A DNA stretch of 60,920 nucleotides, the filler included, from Basidioascus undulatus (taxonomy: Eukaryota): assembly GCA_000826855.1 (NCBI GenBank). It is 7 parts of 7 records of this genome, joined end to end, with 100 filler letters (N's around TTAATTAATTAA, not from the genome) between each part and the next. Parts side by side here need not be neighbours in the genome. Positions count along the whole stretch, not along the records: positions 1 to 8,634 come from JTLS01001361.1; positions 8,735 to 17,365 come from JTLS01001362.1; 5 more parts are not named here. One strand, given 5' to 3'. Under the pieces are notes generated by a model that saw only the letters and a program-made list of their open reading frames with translations, did no database searches and had not been told where the DNA came from. Position 1 is the stretch's first letter. Each line of letters begins with the position of its first letter. This document shows positions 1 through 10,756 of the stretch, piece after piece. A program made the translations under genes and the position numbers.

Positions 1-1015
1 TTGATGATGCGCCCGCCGGGGCCGGAGCCCTTGATCTGCGCGAGTGGGATGCCCTTCTCCTGCGCGATCTTGCGCGCGATCGGGCTCGCGAAGACGCGCT
101 CCCGCGGCCCGGACGGCTCCTCCTGTGCGGGCGCGGGCTCCGCCGCCTTGGGCGCCTCCGCCTTGGGCTCCTCCTTCGGCGCGGGCGGCGCCTCCTCCTT
201 CTTCTCCTCCTTCGGCGCCTCCTTCTGCTCGGACGGGGCCTCTTCCGCGAGCTTGTCCGCGCCCGACAGGTCGTCGCCCTCCTCCGCGGTGACGGCAATC
301 GCCTTGCCGACAGGGACACCCTTGGCACCGTCTTGAACCTGCGGGAGGATGCGCGTTGATGAGTTGAAGAGGTGCGGGTCGGGTAATGGGGGAGGGAAGG
401 CACGGAAGACGCACAATGATCTTCGCCAGGATACCGTCCTCCTGAGCCTCAACGTCCATGGTGGCCTTGTCGGTCTCCTACAAGCCAGCAAAAGTGCATT
501 AGCAAGCGCTCGGTATAAACTGACTGCGTAACGTGTAAGACGCCCAGCAGAAGCGAGAAGGCGGATCCAGCCTTCCTGCTGGGGTTCTTCGCCGTACACT
601 CCTCAAAGCACCAGATTACACCTTTCTCAAGCCGTAATACCAGCCTAACAGACTCTCTCCCGCCATACGTGTGCGATAAAAGGCATAGACTCACGATCTC
701 GAGAAGGACGTCACCCGCCGTGAAGGACTCGCCCTCCTTCTTCTTCCAGCTCGAGATACCGCCCTCCGTCATGGTCGGGCTCATCGCGGGCATCGCGAAC
801 TTTGCCAGCGCGTCCGCAGTAGCCGTTGCGTGGAACGCTGTTCACCATCAACAAACCCGCAAAGCAAGCCCAGACGATTCCCCTCCCAGGATGAGCAAAT
901 GAAGCTTCTGAGAGACGAGAAGGCGCAATGACGCACCGCGCGGGGTGACCGCCGCGCGCCGGGAGACGGCGGCGGAGGCGATGTGCCGGGAGGCGGCGAG
1001 GCGGACGGCGTGCAT
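1..1015 (-). CDS. LAT1: Pyruvate dehydrogenase complex E2, dihydrolipoamide acetyltransferase (5' part; truncated at window start)
   Basis: Exons 1015-937, 837-695, 477-415 and 338-1 with GT-AG introns. They encode a mitochondrial presequence ([14 protein letters not shown]...), a lipoyl domain ([54 protein letters not shown]), an Ala/Pro/Glu linker and an E3-binding domain ([32 protein letters not shown]). PDX1 (protein X) cannot be fully excluded. Confidence 0.88.
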
Positions 1016-2399
1016 GGCGTGGGAGTGGACGGCGAGAGCAGAGGGGTCGGTGAGGAGGACGAGGAAAGGAGAGCAAGAGAGAGCGCGCGGCGACACCGAG
1101 AAGACGTTCAAGTCCGCGGAGCAGCCTGGCTGGCCGGCCCGCCGCGCCCCACGCGCTGCCCATCTGCCCCCAGCCCGTCGGCAGCGCGCTCGATGGCTTA
1201 TCGACATCAATCGACTCTGATCGCGGCCTGTTTTTGTCCCGTTTCTTATGCTTGCAAACAATTTTCGATAGCTCTTTCACCGCACGATACGCCGTCCAAG
1301 TTAGCAGGCAGCATCCTGTATTGATCACGAGTGCTCGAAAAGCAACAGCAAAGTCTTACGAAGGCAGGTTGAAAATACTTCTAAGTACTGACGGCTGGTC
1401 GGCAGCAGGGCGGGGCAGCGAAATTTCGAGGAGTCTGACCGTCGGCCGGCTGCGTCCGCCGCCGTTGGGATGCCACACAAAGACTAGCTAAGGCTGCCTT
1501 CAGCTTCTTTGTTTCTTGACAAGGAACCTTTTCACACAACACACAGCACCGAGCTGGTCGAATGGCAGGCGTGAATACCAACCAGAGCAAGGTTGAAAAC
1601 CCATCTTTCAAGAGTGTGCTGAGATTTGTGACGGAGCTATTGAATTTGCCGGACCAAAGTGTGCAGTATCTCCCTTTCAACGACGTTCCTGGATGTATGA
1701 GTATATATCGAGGTACTGGTCAACCTGTGTAAAACAGTTGACTTAGAAGGGGACAGACTCGCGTAGCAGAGGCAACCGTACAGTCGCTCAGCAGGATGAG
1801 ACGTGCCTGAGGCGTTTTCAACAAGTCTTGCATTAGCTCTCTTAGAGAAGTTGAACAACACATGTAGCAAAATATGCAATTCTATTACATAATATCACAG
1901 CCATAAAGCGACCGACGATATACGACTGGTGGAGAGCGTGTTCGGCAGCAAGCTGGTAAAACTGGGTTTTGACCCCCGTTTACGCCCCACGCAAATTTCC
2001 TACTGCTGCCCCTTCACACCACAAACCTCCAAATTCGTGAAAAGCGCCCTGCACATGAAAAGCTTTTGCCATACCGGTTCACCATTATCAGGCAAGCCGC
2101 CATTAAATAGTAATCACAATCAAGCCACTCTCAGCTTGATGGCGCAGGGGAAGCGCGGTGGGCTCATAACCCACAGGTCTCTGGATCGAAACCAGATCAA
2201 GCTATTTTTTACTTGCTTTTTACTCTCCGGAGACCTCCGTCGAGTCTCCTGCAGAGATGGATGGCGGAGCGCAGCACTCTAGCATTGTGTATCATGCACT
2301 AAGTGAGGGAACCAAGTACACAGATAAGGGGATGAGATATTGGGCCAGGAACTTGGCAGCCGGGACGGAAACAAGTAGTTATTCGGTGAGAGAACTTGA

Positions 2400-3900
2400 A
2401 GGGAGAGACATTAAGAAAGACCATCCTTGGGTTGATTGCACAGGCATTCATGAAACAAATCAGCCTTCAAGCTGCTGTATTGATGTCATGGCATTTGCGT
2501 GCTCTACAATCAGCACCAACTGAGGATAAACAAATAAAAAGCACAGCATGCTCTTGTGTCAAACACCCGTACCTGGTTCTGCAGCAGTTGCGGGCTGTCA
2601 CAGGGACATGCTTCAGGCCTTCCCTCCAGAGTGCCCAGTACAAGGCTGGCCCAGCCTTCCTGCTTGCAGTCATTCTCTACCTTTCGCACTTGAGGGGAGT
2701 GGGCTGACATGGTCGCGCTGCAGATTCTGATTCCCCTGTGGAGGAGAGACCAGGTACAGTGGTTGTGGGTAAAGAAATTGGAAGTCAGGCCTGTACATTG
2801 GAAGAGGTAACATACTGAACACGAGGATGCATGTTTCATGGTTTCAAGCCACTGACTTAAGCTTCTTAATTTCACAAACAAAGAGCGACCCAGGAGATAC
2901 CTGGAAAACAAATCTTTCCCAACATGGTCAGAAATGATCCTTGGCATTGTAAGAGTAACTGTCACCCTTCCAGAAACTTTACTTCAAATACATGCATGGC
3001 TGCAGGTTAAAGTACAGTTTCAAAGAATATTGGACATTGTTCATTCCCTGTCCTGTCTTTTGCACAAGCACCCCAGTCTTCTCCAAGCTGGCTGGCAGTT
3101 CTTCCACCTTTCCATCCTTCCAAGCCCTTAATCATGCATGGCTCTACAAAACGAGTTCTTACCCTTAGAGTAACAGAGAATAGAAAGGTGCTGCAATTCA
3201 TGGTGAGATGTAGCAAAACCCGGTTGGGTGGGTGTAAGTGCAATGTGCAAAGGTGGGAGGAGGAAAGATAATGAAAAGAGGCTGCAGGAAGGGGACTAGA
3301 GAGGCAGGCAGAGTTAGGTGACTGGGAGTTTGCAGGAGATGTGTTCAGCCTGATGCTACTTGAGAACACGTAATAAGAAGGGTGTGGCATGCACAGGCTG
3401 TCCTAGCTACCAACCTGAGTGCATCAGGGACCAACCCCTTCCCTTCAACTCCATAATTGCATCCAGGCTCTGCGGATTTGCATTCCTTCCCACTAAAAAC
3501 ATGCTCTGTCTCCACACCCACATTCCCATGGGCACTATATCAAATGCAATGAAGTTTCATGCAAGACAGTGAGGCGGTTGAATGCAAGGTGAAGAGAGTT
3601 AAAGAGGAAGCTGTCACGGGGCAGTGTCCAGTCGGTCTGTGAAGGTATAGAGCAACAAAAGGAGAAAATGACAGATTGAATAAACTTGGACGGGTAGATC
3701 TTGTTGCCCGTCAGCCTCTGTGTACAGTCTCAAACGGGGTGCAGAGTGCTGAGCAACGTGCTGAGTGACGCAGCCTGGCACCGATTGCTCCTTCTTTCTC
3801 CCTGGATCCGATGAGGCTATGTTCACTCTAAAGTCAACCCATGTTGTACTCGATACAAACTCAGTGCATTAATTGCAACAGTTCAAAATTGGTTCGTTCC
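2400..3900. repeat. CpG-depleted, TG/CA-rich tract; probable decayed (methylated) repeat or transposon
   Basis: CG dinucleotides are visibly rare and TG/CA abundant compared with the CpG-rich genes nearby. Only short, stop-riddled ORFs are present and no family is recognised. Boundaries are approximate. Confidence 0.35.
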
Positions 3901-3958
3901 TGAACACAGTCCCAGTGTCTCCTTCCTGAACACACATCAGGGTTCCAGGTGGGAGTTT

Positions 3959-5438
3959 AGGAAGCGTTCCGGGGTTTAGAAACCTGTCGTGACTTTCGAA
4001 AGCTTTCCCAAGCATTCTTTTCTTGAGGTCGAAACTTTTTAAGCCTTTTGAATGATCTGCTGCGGGACTCTAAAGGTTTGTAAACTTGTTCTCTGCTTTC
4101 CTATCCATGCGATACTTGGCAGCTTGCGAACGAGCATGGGCGGCCCACGTACGTTCAAATATTTAAAGGGGAGGGAAAGGGATGGCCGATATAGTCTTGC
4201 GGCAGACCTCACCCAGGCAATCATACACTCGACAGTAATGGATTTGCCGAAGGTACAGGCCTAGTTTCCCTTGCGGTCACTAAGGAAACAATCCATCCAA
4301 GTACGGTGTAAAGGGAACTGCGAGCGTGCGCGGGAAGGCCATCGCTGCCGCTGCCCGTTATTACCGATATAGTACTTGCTTTGATTTGTCGACTTGCATG
4401 TACACGAAAGACAAATTCTGCTTCTTTCGGTTCCTTGTTTTCATGTCCTGGTGTAGGCAGCGCTGGAGGAGAATGCCCATCTCAACGTCATCTCCGTGTC
4501 TTGTCCGCTGCTGCTGCATATATATATCTCTTCCCGCTCGCCTCCCCTTTCGCCACTCTCTCTCTTGTCACCCTGTTACCTTCGTCATTAGAGTCCAAAG
4601 GTAGCGGCTGCTCAAGTCCACCTCTTCCCATGCTGGGTGAGCCCCAACCTGCCTCACCTGATGAGAGTCGAGTGTGGCGGCCCTTGACCAAAGCTCGCAG
4701 GTCTCGCACCTTCACCCAGCCAACGTTTGGAAGGTGCGCACTCAAACTATAGAGACGAGGGGTGGGTGAGGATGAGGGGATTTAAGTCCTGTAAATCACA
4801 TTCTCATGCTCGAGAAGTGGGGAAGAGTGAGTGAGTGCATCCCCATGGGCGGGCGGGCACGAGCTTTCAAGGGTGACCAATTGAACTGACTTTCCCCTTC
4901 CTGCATCCAGTCACAAGGTCACGCAACCGCTTACCTGTAAGCTTGAGCGTTGTCATTCTTATCTCATACAGGACTGATTTTGAAGTGGTTGCATAGGTTG
5001 CCACCTGAGATGGAATGATTGTCGTGGATGGTATTGTTGGGCCAGACTTGGAGTCGAGATTGCTGTGTCGCGCAAACGGTGTTTCACATCTGTAATATAT
5101 GTTCTGATGCATTAATTTGAATGAAGCATGAGCGTTGTGGCGTACAAACAGCGCCAGCAGGATACCGGGACAGTGTTATGGGCGAGATTCAGTGCACACA
5201 TACCCCCAAACCTTCCAAAGGTTGTGCTTGCTTTGGAAAGGATTCAGAACTCCATCCAAAGGCTTCTAATCCCTGGCCTAGAAGTTTCGTATCCTGCTGC
5301 CCAAGTTGCAAAACTTCAGATCAAGTCCGGAAAAAGGGCGGACATGTGCGGAAAGCATCGGTAAGCTTTCGAACCCCCGGAGCGTCGTTTGCTTTCCCGG
5401 GTTTCCAAAGGTTTCTAAACCTTCCGAATACGCCTCCT
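3959..5438. mobile_element. Region bounded by diverged long inverted repeats (possible non-autonomous TIR/foldback element)
   Basis: Colinear inverted blocks: GGTTTAGAAACCT 3973-3985 / AGGTTTCTAAACC 5409-5421; TTCGAAAGCTT 3995-4005 / AAGCTTTCGAA 5363-5373; CGAAACTT 4030-4037 / AAGTTTCG 5282-5289; AAGCCTTT 4041-4048 / AAAGGCTT 5258-5265. Confidence 0.45.
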
Positions 5439-6262
5439 GGTTTCACTGATGCAGGTGACGGTTTTCCTCCTTGCGACCCAATAGGCTCTCACCTGCCACC
5501 ACCCACTACCACTCTACCATGAACCCAATCTCCACTAGCGACACAGCCTCTTGCGAGAAAAAAGTCCCTCTCCGCATCCGAAAGTGTGCGAAGAAAGGTT
5601 GAATGCATGAGCCAAGGTAAAGCCGAAAGAGAAAGACTGATAATGCCTAAATCACCGAAAGGAAAGATTCCGTTACCCGCGTAACGAGTGCGCAAACCGC
5701 ATCCCCAAGCCGATTCAGGGGAATCGGAATTACACAAAACTTGACCTCATATGATCCAGGTCGCCGTTCACAAGAAACAGCGTTCAGAGCAAAGTTCGCT
5801 CTACACTGTAGAGGTAGAGTGCCCTGTCGAATTGCCTAGGGTGGACTCGTCAACGGACCCAGGTACAAAATGCCGGATTTACGTATTGTTGATTATGTAC
5901 GTTCGGGTCTTTGCGGGTCCGTGGCGTCCGTGGCGCACACTTCGGCAACTTGGCTGGCCTCTTGCCTCGACGCTCACCTTCGCGCATTTTTCCTGTTCTG
6001 CACCATGCACATATTCTCCTGGCCCTAAATCTTGTATATAATCTGTAGAACCGAGATCGAACGCAAGTAAATTTATTGTTTCAGGTTAGCCGCAAGCGGC
6101 GAAGCGACTACCAAGTTCCGCTGCCAGTACTACATGGAGCAAAGGCCCATGGCGCTGTACAACAAGGAGCCCAATCAGACACTGATAGACTGATGCGAAA
6201 GAACAATAAGAAGGGAGAAGGGAGACCTACCTGGAAAACGTCCCACGCCTCTTCCATGCATC

Positions 6263-6293
6263 GTCAGGTTAGCCACGTTGGGGCTAACCTGAC
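6263..6293. repeat. Perfect 12-bp hairpin (GTCAGGTTAGCC-7nt-GGCTAACCTGAC)
   Basis: Read directly from the sequence. The same arm recurs at 6081-6091 and at 30166-30177 on another contig. Confidence 0.7.
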
Positions 6294-7265
6294 AACCGCG
6301 AAATGCACCAAGATGCACCGGTGCAAGGCTGTTGATTGTCCGCAGAGTATACTAATCTGCATATAGATTTGTTTGAATCTGGACTGGACATATATTACCA
6401 CCATAGTCCTCATGCTCCACCGCCAGTACATACAGCGCGAAGGACCAGGTGCGTCAACTGTAAGGAGTCCTGCCCTGCATTGTAAGGTGTTGAGGAGGCA
6501 CAGTATTAATGGAAACAAGGGAGACCTGTCTGGCAAAATACGATCCGTCTTCCATACATTGTCATGTGAAAAGCAGGAATCGGCTGCGCGGGTCATTTTG
6601 AACTTGAGGGAGAATAAAGGGCGGGCCACATCCATGAGTCCCTTTGTACTTCTGGAACTGATTTATAAAAAGACTGGAACGGTGGTTGGTCTGGCAAGTG
6701 CGATGACCTGAACTCTGTGTGCAAGACTTTCGAGGACGGTCGGCTTCAACTCTTGTTGTCGACACTCAACCTGTTCCAATGTATTCCAGGCCGCTTCTGT
6801 AATTCCCCGCATGCCTTTATTGACCCAAAAATTCCTCTAATATAGTGGCTGCTTGTGACATCTTCCAGTTGCAGCCACGCTCGTCGCGAGGGGTGCCAGG
6901 GGGTGGTGATGAGTCGCTCTCGCTCATTTCTCCCGCTCATTTCTACCGCTCAATACTTGCTTCAGGACACGTGGCTTATGTGGCAGACGGGTATAACATG
7001 CAGTTTCTCTCTGGAGAATCCTCTGATTGCTCATACAAGATCAACGAGATTTAAACGCTTCAGACTGCCCACATGCCCGTTTTCCCACGCTTCCTTGGCG
7101 ATTCACGGTGACGTGCAATGGAGGCTCGTTGCACGCCTGCTGCCCCTGTTGCTGCTCGACCGCCTGCATCCCTCCTCGCATCCTCAGCTCTTCACTCCTA
7201 GGCCTGCATATCTACAGAACGCCCAGCACCTCATCTCCGACCTAATTCAAGAAACAACGAGAGCC

Positions 7266-8634
7266 ATGGCCAGCGCGCCCTCGTCCGCGTCGCTCGTACA
7301 GTCCGCGTACCTTGACGAGCAGTCGGCTAAGACGAGGGGGAAGGCAATTCCGTGGGAGGTGAGTGGGCGGCGAGACCAACAGACAGGGTATAGGGTGTGC
7401 AGGAAGGCCTTTCGGCGAATAGCATGAGGGTTAGGGCGGGCGGATGTGGGCCGATCGAGCTGCTGCTGTCCGGGCGAGGTGGTGTCCCATCTCCTCAAGC
7501 CTCGCCGCCTTGGGCACCATCAATCGCACTCACACCCAGCGCACTGAACTGCTGAAACTCATCGCTGACTCCCCTTCCTCGCCTCCGCGCGACCACAGGG
7601 CTACCAGCGCGCGAACCTGCTCACGCCGGAAGAAGTGTCGCTCATCAAGCGCGTCGACCGCCAGCCGCGAGCGAAGGTCGAGCAGCTCTACGCGTCCACG
7701 GGCGAGGTGGAGCAGTACGCGCGCCTGTACCTCACCCTCCTCAGCAAGCTTGTCAAGGTCGACACGCTCCAGAGCGTGCTCGTCTTACTCGACGATCTGG
7801 TGGATGGTGCGTTGAGTGGGAAGGAGCGGAGGTGTTGGAAGGGGAGGAGCTGCGTGGCTCACGAGATGAGGGGGTGGGTGGGGATGAAATAGACAACCCT
7901 GAAAGGCTCAAGCTCCTCCTCGAATGGAGCAGGGTCGAACCGTCCTATCCCTGGGGTCCCCTCATCAAGTGCGTCCTTTCCCTCTCGCTCACCCCAGCAT
8001 CCCGCAGCCCCCTCACCCAGTCCCTTTTCCACCAGGGCGCTCGAGACGCCCGACGAGTTCACACAGCTCAAGTCCCTCCGTCTTCTCACGCTCCTGCTAA
8101 CGACCGACGGACTTCCCTCCCTGTCCGACCCTCTCCCGCCGCACATCCAGCAGCCCCTCGTGCGGTACACGACCGACCTCCTCTCCTCCCACTCCATCTC
8201 CCCCGGCGCAAAAGACACCGCGCTCTCCCTCCTCGCGGCGCTGCTCTCGCGCGCGGGCCTCCGGCGCCCGTTCTACGACGCGGGTGCACCCGCCCCGCTC
8301 GTCGCGCTCCTGAAGGAGGAGAAGCAGAACCCGCAGACGCTGTATACCGTTGCGTATGCCCTGTGGCTGTTTACGTTTGATCGTGAGATCGCAAGGGACG
8401 TGGATGGGTGAGTGGGTGCTGCAGAGAGCGGACGCGAGGTCGGGGGGAAGCTGATGAGGATTGGGGGAGCAGGAAGTACCATGTCATCCCCTTGCTCACG
8501 GAGGTGGTCAAGTCCGCGGTGAAGGAGAAGGTTGTCCGCGTCAGCATCGCAACGTTCCGGGTCCGTCTCCCTCCTCGCTCCCTCCCTTTTGCGCGTCTTC
8601 CTACACAGGGCAACTCTTGGTGCTCAGGTCAAAT
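7266..8634 (+). CDS. VMA13: V-type H+-ATPase V1 subunit H (3'-truncated at contig end)
   Basis: Exons 7266-7358, 7599-7806, 7893-7968, 8036-8407 and 8473-8560 splice in frame. Motifs: AIPWE/GYQRANLLTPEEVSLIKRVD, NPQTLYTVAYALWLFTFD, IPLLTEVVKSAVKEKVVRVSIATFR. Confidence 0.93.
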
Positions 8635-8734
8635 NNNNNNNNNNNNNNNNNNNNNNNNNNNNNNNNNNNNNNNNNNNNTTAATTAATTAANNNNNNNNNN
8701 NNNNNNNNNNNNNNNNNNNNNNNNNNNNNNNNNN
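8635..8734. other. Artificial contig linker (N44-TTAATTAATTAA-N44)
   Basis: 100-bp spacer with stops in all six frames, repeated identically six times in the window. Confidence 0.99.
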
Positions 8735-8735
8735 G

Positions 8736-8808
8736 ATCAGGGGGTTGCAGGTTCGATCCCTGCGTCGGTCAAGGCCGGCTGGCTCAATGGTAGAGTATCT
8801 GACTACGA
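8736..8808 (+). tRNA. Putative circularly permuted tRNA-Arg(ACG), copy A: 3' half (38-73) at 8736-8771, 1-nt linker at 8772, 5' half (1-37) at 8773-8808
   Basis: Swapping the halves gives a complete cloverleaf: acceptor GGCCGGC/GTCGGTC+A73, D arm GCTC-AATGGTA-GAGT, anticodon stem TCTGA/TCAGG with loop CT-ACG-AA (anticodon 8805-8807), T arm GCAGG-TTCGATC-CCTGC. T6 follows immediately and no 3' half is seen downstream. Confidence 0.8.
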
Positions 8809-8809
8809 C

Positions 8810-8815
8810 TTTTTT
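8810..8815 (+). terminator. Pol III terminator (T6) directly after the 5' half of the permuted tRNA
   Basis: A37-C-TTTTTT; the same A-C-T6 ending follows the normal tRNA-Val at 57248-57255. Confidence 0.75.
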
Positions 8816-9749
8816 GCACCTTTTGCCCAACCACATCTTAGCACGGAATGACAACGGTCATTGTTGCGACATTACCGCTGCAGCCTGCTCTTTTCGCAAT
8901 TGCCATCTTTATTTCGCTTCGAGACTGCTAACACGCTGCAGCCTTGCCGACAGCGCCGCCACTGAATCTGTTCGCGCACGGCCGGTAAACATCCCTTTTC
9001 CTGCAGACTATTATCTTTGATTGCGTTCAATCCAAAGAACATCTAGGGCTGAGCACCATCAGGTGGAATGTCCAATTAGGTGTGTGCAGTCGGGCCGACA
9101 TGGGGACGATTCGAGATAGCAAGCGGAACAAATAATGCGTTCCGCTGTGAGTAGTAAGGCATAATGGAAGCTAAACGCTGTCACAAGTGATTCAATGAGA
9201 AATTAAAAATACTTTCGATCGTTTTGAAGGGTACTGGATGGCCGGCGGACGGTTCCAGTCTGGAGGCCCTGACCGACAGTTGCACATCACAGCTTATCTG
9301 CCCATAAAGCTCTGGGGATCATTTGCAGGTTACCTCAACGTGGGTGTACGCTTCACATCTCCTATACATCCTCAATTTGAGGTTTTCGGTAGTGGACGAT
9401 GTTGTTCGCTATGAGTATGTGGATGAGCGGGCGACCTTCACGAGCAAAGATTCACTGCTTCCGGTGACCGCTCCAAGGACCTACGTTGCCCTGCGGGGCA
9501 AGACGGCGGCCGCATGAAGCTACAAGCGTGCCAGTAAGGCCTTTATTACCTTACATGGGTTTTTTTGGTAGTTGGAAGATAGACGATAGATCAAGGATAA
9601 GCGAGCGTGCCTCATCACACGATTTGGCAGCTTTGCCTGAAAGGGGTGACTCTTCTTCAGCCAACTTTTCGTCCGACGATGATTCCCACAATATAAGCGA
9701 CCCCGTTGTGGCCTTTCTCTGATCTTCTTGCGCGGCTATCACCTTCTCG

Positions 9750-10756
9750 TTGGCATGGCGCCCCTTCCATGGACAGCGACAATCCACCTTGCGAACCTGT
9801 CCCTCATCCTCGGTCTCACAACGACTTCCCGCTTTTTCTGGCTATAGGTCTGGATACCCCTCACCCTACTTGTCCTCCTGCACATATATTCCCACGACAC
9901 CTACCCGTCGCGAACCCACTGGGTCGAATCCGTCCAGCGAGTACCGCCTTTGGCGTTGCCGTTCGCGCTGTCAAGCTGCTGCTCTGCAGCGAACTGCAGC
10001 GCGACTTTCGGCTCGACGGCCAGGACAAGCCGCCTTCGGGCTTCTTCGGGATTTTACTCTGGGCCTTCCAGATTTTGCCAACTCAGCAAGGCATTGGCTG
10101 GATCTGGCACGCCAAGAACACGCCTCCCTCACTGACGTCGTCGCGTCCGGTCCGGCCGGTCTTCCTCTTCGGTGAGTGCAGCTGCATCGCTCTTGTTGCA
10201 CTCAGCATTTCCTCGCAGGCCGACTGTCTGTCTATGTGGGGTGTATTCTCCAGCATGCACACGATTTTGGAAAACGTTGGCATCAGTGCCTCCGTCTGTG
10301 AGTGTGTGCCAGTTCTTATCGACTGGGGTAGCCGATGCGCTCTAGACAGCCATTCACGATATTTCCCCGTTACATCCTTGGCTTTTCAGGACTCAAGCCT
10401 CAAACAAGCATATCGGCGGCTTTCCTCCTCTCGGCCATTGTAAGGGCTGTCTTCAAACCACCAACCTTCGGCCTGCTGACATTCTTCGACAGTTCCACGC
10501 CGCCCATTCGTACGCAACGTCGTCCGGCAAGCCGTTCAACGGCACTGTCCTTTTCTTTCTTGCTCATCGTGTTGGATTTTTGCTGGAGGATGTCGTGGAC
10601 ATTTCCCGCCAGCCAGCATGGGTCGGCTACCTTTGGGTCTTTTCCTGGTTCAGCATCATTGGGCCGCTGTGGTTTAGCGACATGGTGAACAGCAGCTTCT
10701 ATGACAAGGTGGAGGGTCTGGTACCCGTCTCCATAGTTTCTAAAATTTTCAATTAG
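9750..10756 (+). pseudogene. Membrane-bound O-acyltransferase (MBOAT_2 / wax-synthase-like), probably frameshifted
   Basis: Motifs QGIGWIWHAK, F-GKRWHQCLR (reached only by a frameshift after MWGVFSSMHTI), AFLLSAI/FHAAH (catalytic His, across an intron starting at 10440) and FFLAHRVGFLLEDVV...GYLWVFSWFSIIGPLW. Stop at 10754-10756. N-terminal hydrophobic segments lie in different frames. Confidence 0.7.

Noticed and set aside
7472..7521. HDV-like ribozyme in VMA13 intron 1
   Set aside because: No proper P3/L3, P1.1, P4 or catalytic J4/2 strand. Kept only as a possible pseudoknot.
8635..8734. Repeated TTAATTAATTAA palindrome flanked by Ns (six occurrences)
   Set aside because: Artificial six-frame-stop linker between length-sorted contigs. 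It is not biological, and gene neighbourhoods across linkers carry no meaning.
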